DNA of 40,746 nucleotides from Perkinsus olseni (Eukaryota): NCBI GenBank assembly GCA_013115125.1, contig JABANN010000306.1, positions 1 to 40,746 of the forward strand, read 5' to 3'. Shown piece by piece: positions 34,301 to 40,746 of this stretch (position 1 is its first letter; each line of letters starts with the position of its first letter). The notes under the pieces were generated by a model. It saw only the letters and a program-made list of their open reading frames with translations, ran no database searches and was not told where the DNA came from. The position numbers and the translations under genes were made by a program.

Positions 34301-35098
34301 AGTCCATCGTTATAACCCAACCACCGTCATCACTTTGATGGCATTTCGGCGGGGACTTTATCGTAACCTCGCACAGTTGAACCTAAGATACTCAAAGATT
34401 GTCACAGCGCACAGCGACGATTCTCTACATCCGAGCGAGGCTTCCCGCCCTGATCGCCGCCGCCCTTGCCGCACAACTCCTGAAGTTTTCTTATCTAAGG
34501 AAACGGGCAGACCAGAAGATCGACCAATTTGAGCTGCTAAAAACGTTCGACGTAAAAATGCGACAAAAATGCCGAAACTTTGACCTTCCGGGAGATTTTC
34601 GCGCCGCGGCCCGCCGTCGAAATCTGACAGCAGATACCGAGACGAAACTCGACGAGCAAACTTCCAAATTATCACCATCAAACTCTCAACCACACGCGAG
34701 AAGATGCCCACCCAAACTAAATGAGACATCCTTCACCGTCAAGACCACCAACTTACCGATTCCTCCTGTCCGTTGACCGCTGCTGTCGTTGGCATCTTCA
34801 ACTGAGGTTACACACAGGGTGGCTTTCCATGAGCTGCATGATCCCCTCACCTTGACCTGATGAGGGAAGGACTTCGCGGTCTCCCATTCTTGAAAGGAAA
34901 TATCAATATCATTTTTGGGTATCTCTACGTGACGATGTAGAACGGTTGACGTGACGATAGGCTCGGTAGCATGGACCTGAGCAGAGGTCAGCGCGCAGAG
35001 CCCCCCCCCAGACTTACCTCGAGTGGAGCTGTTAAGTAGACGAAGAGAAGGCAGCCGGCGTAGAGCGTCCAAGAGAGACTAGGGGGAGAATTAGTCAT
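31357..35098 (-). CDS. Large secreted protein A, paralog of B, with repeat domains and an Asp/Glu-rich C-terminus (multi-exon)
   Basis: MTNSPPSLSWTLYAGCLLFVYLTAPLE|VHA..LHRHVEIPKNDIDISFQEWETAKSFP; QREFVSHFVDLWNAYH; IDLSNSGLTVEV. Each segment aligns with gene B. Exon structure in 34320-34700 is unresolved. Confidence 0.6.
32064..32087. repeat. (TCG)8 microsatellite, poly-Asp on the minus strand
   Basis: Read directly from the sequence. Confidence 0.9.
32809..32854 (-). other. 46-nt intron carrying an antisense tRNA 3' part (variable loop, perfect T-arm, acceptor strand)
   Basis: The + strand reads agatc-ccggg-ttcgatc-cccgg-tagcggc-t. Removal joins LRRALG|VPLAVEEEATF. Confidence 0.85.
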
Positions 35099-35121
35099 GT
35101 GATGGCCATACACTGACACCC

Positions 35122-37919
35122 TCAGAATTCACTGCATCCCTCCAAAAAATGGGAGACGCCCTCGACGGGTTCGGCCATCACCAGCTTTTCCGCAGAGGAC
35201 CGCCAGACAGGGCCAATGAACACAAGCCCGTCGCTTCACACCAACAGCAACATGCACATCGACATCATCTAGAAGATACTGCTTTGACGTCTCTCACTAG
35301 TGGGGGGTTGGTAAGGGGAGTAAGGGACAACCCTCGGGATCAGGATGACCTCTCTCCTCGCGCGGCCCATAGTCTTGGAGAGAACAATCTTCGTCAACTC
35401 AGTCACGAGCATCTTGTCTTCCTTCACGATCTCCGTCTGTTCGTTCTCACCATCAACGTAATCCTAATCACACAAAAACTGTCCCCTACCACAGCAAGGC
35501 CTCGCCCTACTGAATAGAAGATGGGGGTGAGGGTGAGGACCTCCATCAACGCCCTGCACTCTCGCTCAGTCGCGCCGTACTGCACCATGTACATCGACAT
35601 CCGAGCGTTCATTTCCTCACCACCAAAGCCAGCATCTGAGAACAACCGTAGTGACCCGAGACCAGGAGAAGCCGTCCTCACAAATGGGGGTGAACATCAT
35701 CTCCTCGCCATTATAAGACGTGTAGGGCACGCATGCTCGCGGTGCGATATCGACATCCGCCATCCAATTCACGGAGACACCTTGTCGAGCGAAGAAATCC
35801 TAAACAACGAACCTTCCCGTTCTAGAGAGCTTCGCTGTCGACCTACGTAGCCGACGACCTGCAGGTTGAGGGGCGGGAGGCGAGTGTAGTTGAGTAAAGG
35901 CGTTCCAGGGTCGGCATCTTCTATAGCGTTCAAGGTGGAGGAAATAGAAGCAGCAGAGGAACGTTTTGGGGTGGTCGGAGAGGAGTCAGAGAGATGCAGG
36001 GAAAATACTGAGTTGTCGTCCGCAGCCGACTGGCGGGGAGAGGTTGCGGTCGAGGCGGTAGCAGATCGGCGAGGGGACGTGGGTGTCGACGGGGCGGTGG
36101 ACTGAGCAGCTTCGGGTTTGGCATCTTCAGTGGTCGATGGGCGGGGAGAGCCCGATGATGCACGGGCTTGGGATTTGGCATCGTCGGTGGTAGAGTGGCG
36201 AGGGATGGACGGATTAGAGCCAGCGCTGGGATGGCGAGTAGTGGCGGATGACGAAGCAGACATGGCCGGGGAGTTAGGAGGGGTTGGCCGGGTCGTGTCA
36301 GCTTCAGTAGTCGGGACCTGAGCAACGGTATCTAACCTCGTTATAGTCAATCACGTTATGCCCTACCGCAGTGAACCACCAAGGATCGCCCAAAGGCTTG
36401 GTCCCGTTAACGCCCGAGCGAAGCACGTGCTCAACGACGGTCACATTGCTGCTCTTCCCTTTCTTATCAGCGCCTTGGCGACTCTGAGTGGACAACTGTT
36501 CTCGATCTCTCCTCATCTCTAACGACCCCACCTTGTAAAGGTCCTCAAGCATGAGGGCATGGGCCATGAAGGCCCCATAGGCTTCCTCACTCGAGTCGTA
36601 GAGGAACTCGATCGTCATGTCCGCGGTGATTTGCGTCACAACGCTGCCGGCCTTCATCTTAATGGTAGGCAGACCGCTCTTGGGGTCGATGAATGCTTGG
36701 GGTAGCTCAGTAAGCTTCACTGTGCATACTGTTATCTGTTGGTCAATAGTTGAGAAAGGACAACATCGGAGGAACCCCCACGTAATGCGTGCTGCTGTGC
36801 CGCTTCTTCTTAAGACCGCATAGCTTCTGCACCTTTCCGACCTACCCAAAGCACCTCTGCGAACCCCACCAGCATTCCCGCCCCACCTCCTGAGCTCCCT
36901 CACCATCAATCGTGTACGGCAGGCTCGGCACTTGCACCTATCGCAACAGCCAAGTCCGTGTTTACCATAATGATGATGATGATGATGATGATGAGCAGCA
37001 GCAGCAGCTCACCGCGAAGGCCGCATATTTCTGTGTGGCGAGGGGCGTCCAGCTGTTGAAGGTGAAGGTGGTGGGCTTGTTCGGGTGGCGTCTTTCCGGC
37101 AACTTCTGCACCTTCAGGAAGTTCTTCACATCCTTCCACCCGAAGGACTTCTCATTGATGGTCAAAGTCCTCTGGATGAAATGGGGCTCCCACGTTCCAT
37201 TGACTGGGGGCGCAAAGGGACGTATCTTGACGGCACCTTGCTCCTGACAGGTTAACCTCTAAGATACGCAGCGGCATCAAAAGATACCATCCTCCCCTTA
37301 CCTCCTGCCCGGATGCACGGAGATCGGTAACGCTCATGCCCTGAGAGGAATGAGTGACCCTGCTTCGCACAGCAGTCCGGCGGCCCTACCACCGAGCCCG
37401 TACTCCAGATGCTCACGTGACCGCTCCTGCGTCTCTCACTCAGTAGTTCTGTGTCCTGACATCGATACGGCGTAGGCGATCGAAAGCCACGTAAAAGGCA
37501 CCTCTGTCGGCTCTAATTCGGTATCCAGGCCAAAAACTTCTGCATCGCTGCGACGCTGAAGTAGAAGAGGGAGCAGTCCGCCCGTCCCACGCGACACTGC
37601 AGCCCTCGCAGCCCTACCGAGGAGGTTGAACTGGCTCTCCTCCGGCTGCTGACTCCACTCGACCGGCGTCGCATGGCCACCGGCATCACCACGTCCTGGA
37701 GGGAAGCATGTCTTGGGAGAAAAACCCCTTCCCTTACCGTTTCGACGTCAAATCCATTCAAGTCGTCGGCTGGTTCAGGATAACCTTTATGAAAGTACAC
37801 ACTCCCTTCACTCGGCAACACCTGACTCCAACAACACTGCCCCGTCACAAGCAGATGAAGGACAACCCCACCAGCAAGAGGCAAGCAAGGAGGCCCACTG
37901 CGGCGATGGTGACACGCAT
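35122..37919 (-). CDS. Hypothetical secreted protein with an internal Ser/Thr/Pro-rich mucin-like region (multi-exon)
   Basis: Signal peptide MRVTIAAVGLLACLLL|VLPSEG; several long coding exons; S/T/P repeats at ~35930-36330. The stop is at 35122 or 35129 depending on the last intron. Confidence 0.65.
36971..37006. repeat. Compound (TGA)8(GCA)4 microsatellite, intronic
   Basis: Read directly from the sequence. Confidence 0.9.
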
Positions 37920-38045
37920 GGTCTGCAAAAGACCCTGTCCGGAAAGACATCCCCTTCTTGAACCCGATCATTGACGAACCCAAGCCCCAGTGACAGTTAA
38001 TTCAATGTTACCGATAGAAACAAAGCTACGCGCATTCCGAACTTC

Positions 38046-40361
38046 CTAGACACTCGCCTCAGGCTTGGGAGGGGCAGCAAAGGTCTTATCCTCACCGCTA
38101 ACCACCTCGAACTTGAAGGTTCGACTCAGCGGTTCGGCCCGAGAGACTTTGAGGACCTTAAAAAGCGATGGTCCCCCAAGATATCAGCAGTAGTCGCATA
38201 CCAATGGCCGGGGGCCGGAGCTGCTGCCTCCTCCCTCAGGGCTCCCCTTCACAGCTTCACGGACTAAGGCGTCTCGGACGAGGGCGAAGTGATGAGGGGA
38301 TACATCGACCTCTCGACACCACTGAAGTTCCTGTTCTCCAAGATTCTTCACACATTCCGATTTAACCTGACACCGGTCAATGCTGTCGACCCGGGTTCGA
38401 TCCCCGGTCACGACATCTACTCACAATATCCTTATTCACGCGACGCTTTCTAAGAACATGCTTCCTCATCCATGCATCAGGGATAGATCCCTGCTGAGAA
38501 CGGGCAGCAGCAGCATCAGCAGCAGCAGCAGCAGTGCTGTCCCTCGACGGCCCCTCCAGCTCCTCCAGCCGATGAGTTATCCTCTGCTCTTCTAGCAGTA
38601 ACTACCAAGTAACAACCCACAGTCTCGCAGAACATACCCCCCCCCACGAAAAGAGCGTCGCCGCCGTTATAAGCCCCAAGCCGCAAACACAGACGAAGGG
38701 CCGCCTTAAGGAAGTTGCTCCCTTCCATGATCAGTGGTCACCCTATCAACTGCTGTTAATAGAGATAAAGTTCACTGTTCATCTTATCGACGCCTGGGCG
38801 TTCTTCTAAGTGGATGACACGGGAGTGGAACCTTGTCGTATTTTACGAGAACACGTCATGGCGATGCCCTCACCTGTTTGAACTCATCACATTCACCCTT
38901 CGAGTCGAAGAACCTCTCCACAGGTCGGAAAAGTCTGTTCAAGATCTGCCCCGCCCTTGTCTGTGCATTGACTGGAGGAGGGGGTGGGACTCCACCACCC
39001 GACCTCGGATATGCTGGTGGTGGGGGCTGCTGCAGCACCATCTCCCGGGCAACCACATAGCGCTTCATTTGCTCCCGAAGGGACAGTCGGGCGTTGTAGG
39101 CCAATAGGACGTCTAACACGTCCGATAGCACACCACGAACAACTCCTGCGATCTCCCTTACCAACTTTGATCTTCACATCCTCGGGCCTCTCGTTGGGTT
39201 GGAACTCCATGTCAGCCAGCAGGAGCTCCGCACAATCATCATAGTCGACTTCGAAGTCTCCTCGCCTAGGAGTGTACCCGGGTATGTACCTAGAAGAACG
39301 TCTGGGAGTTGAGCGAAGGGCCCCCCTAGAGACACTGAAGGGGTTACTTGTCAAGGTCGCTCCCACTGGAAGCATCCCTCTTCCTCTTCCCAAGGACACT
39401 ATCAACAACCTGAAGCATTGCCGATAATACGCTCACTACGAGGTGTAAGAAATGAGCGTCACTGATGCGTTGTGGGTCAGAACTGTGATGGTCTCGCCTG
39501 ACGTGTGGGTAGGTGTCACAGCAGTCGCCACCATCGTCAACCTCGTCATAGACCCCTACTTACCGGGCCTTCGTGATCAGCCATCGGGTTCATGACCGAG
39601 CAATGGCCATCAGCTCCAAGGACCTGCCCAGCGATCGAGTCCTTGGTCGCCTTACCAGACGAGGAGGATGCCTCCCATGTTGAGTACCTACAGCAGTGCC
39701 ACCTGGACGGTTGAGGAACAGGTTGCGGCTGTTACAGTAACATAAACCATGATCGGCATTGGGACGAAGTGATCTCCTTCGAAGATCCAGCTCCGGCTTG
39801 GTGCATGCGTGCAAGGACGTCATCCCAGGACCCAACCCCGACCTACTAGGGAAGCAATGACCCTCCCTTCGGAAGGAGCGGTCAGTTACCTTGGCGACGG
39901 CATCGAGTAGGGCAAGGGTGTCTGCTACGGTCCAGATGGATGCGTCAGGCGGGCCGCTGGCACTGGGAGGGTCGTTCTCGGCGGGAATGGGAGTATCTGA
40001 GGTTGAAGCGTGCTTGATACGAGCTGGAAGATATCCTCTCTACCTTGTGAACATTGTGAATCTCGGGAAGGTACAAAATTGAGAGAAGGTATGACAAGGT
40101 ACGGCTCTTGGCGGTTAGTATCTGACCTCACATCCGAAAGGTCCCTGGTTCGATTCTCGGTCCCTCCTCCCGACCTGATGCCGCGAAACATGTTCCACAA
40201 TAGTCCTTCCCTTTGCATCGTATGTGTCCCTCGTCCTTCAGCAAAGATACCCCGCAATTGTAACAAGTCGTGCCTGACGAGCACCGAGGCTGTGGCTGGC
40301 AGGGGCATTCGAGTGGCTTACGAAGGTCCCCGCCTTCCTGCTCGGGTTCAGGTGCTCCCAT
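38046..40361 (-). CDS. ADA2: Transcriptional adaptor ADA2 (SAGA subunit), multi-exon
   Basis: ZZ finger CYNCGVSLLKDEGHIRCKGKDYCGTCF; SANT start WTVADTLALLDAVAK; ADA box PGYTPRRGDFEVDYDDCAELLLADMEF; SWIRM-like LGEQELQWCREVDVSPHHFALVRDALVRE. Confidence 0.88.
38367..38424 (-). other. 58-nt ADA2 intron carrying an antisense tRNA 3' part
   Basis: The + strand reads tgctgtcgac-ccggg-ttcgatc-cccgg-tcacgac-a. Removal joins RVNKDI|VKSECVKNL. Confidence 0.85.
40122..40174 (-). other. 53-nt ADA2 intron 1 carrying an antisense tRNA-Val(CAC)-like 3' half
   Basis: The + strand reads ctCACat-ccgaa-aggtc-cctgg-ttcgatt-ctcgg-tccctcc-t with canonical spacing. Removal joins CFAAS|DTNRQEPYLVI. Confidence 0.85.
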
Positions 40362-40746
40362 TTTAATGCAAAAATTGATAATTGGCTCCTCGACCTTCAG
40401 CAGATGAATGGAACTTATTCTTCCGAGCTCTTCTAATTCTCGTTCGCCCGGGAAAGTGATACACTCGAAAAAGTACAGTTGAACGCGCCATCCCAATAAT
40501 GCTCCAAGCCGACATATTCGGCATCTTCCCATGTTCGGCCAAAGATACTCGTTTCCGCCAGGACACACTGTCCAGTCCTTCCTATCAGCAGTTCGTTTCA
40601 TTCACAGGCGGCCCGACAGATTTCTTGTTATCAGGAACAATCTCCGGGCGCGCGCTACTTTCAGCGCTTTTTGTAACGGGCTGTTCAATAAACCGTTCCT
40701 GAGTTTCAGGAACGTTCCCAGGAACGAGAATGCACAAATCTTGTTC

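Noticed and set aside
36695-36720. tRNA A-box-like ggtagctcagt as a missing 5' half
   Set aside because: It lies in a coding exon (KLTELPQA) and lacks the GG of the D-loop and a closing D-stem.
38118-38130. Additional GGTTCGA matches (also ~8885 and ~24080 on the minus strand; weaker sense-strand gttcgacc at ~26300)
   Set aside because: Only 7-9 nt matches, about the number expected by chance, with no T-stem or acceptor context.
40085-40170. Complete tRNA-Val gene overlapping the ADA2 exon
   Set aside because: No 5' acceptor strand complementary to TCCCTCC, and the anticodon stem does not pair; only the 3' half is present.

Overview
Eukaryotic genomic DNA, most likely from a Perkinsus-like alveolate. 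This is an inference from short ~45-60 nt GT-AG introns, ApiAP2-type genes, many lineage-specific secreted proteins and long unidirectional gene blocks. From left to right: a degenerate, duplicated region (1-3.6 kb) with an intronless secreted-protein ORF; a TMUB-like (ubiquitin-like + transmembrane) gene whose first intron holds an ~800 nt inverted-repeat-bounded, hairpin-dense insert; a largely non-coding stretch with a perfect 30-bp hairpin and a second hairpin cluster; an S41-family peptidase with a frameshift or 28-nt intron; two tandem double-AP2 genes separated by a MITE-like element; and a RluA-family pseudouridine synthase. The last ~20 kb is a minus-strand block of small secreted proteins, two paralogous large secreted repeat-domain proteins, another secreted protein and ADA2. 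The most unusual signal is a set of tRNA 3'-end fragments (B-box/T-arm plus acceptor 3' strand, consensus GGTTCGATYCYCG, no 5' half). Four sit antisense inside short spliceosomal introns of three genes, two more lie upstream of TMUB-like sequence, and there is one weaker case. All gene models were spliced by eye and are approximate.
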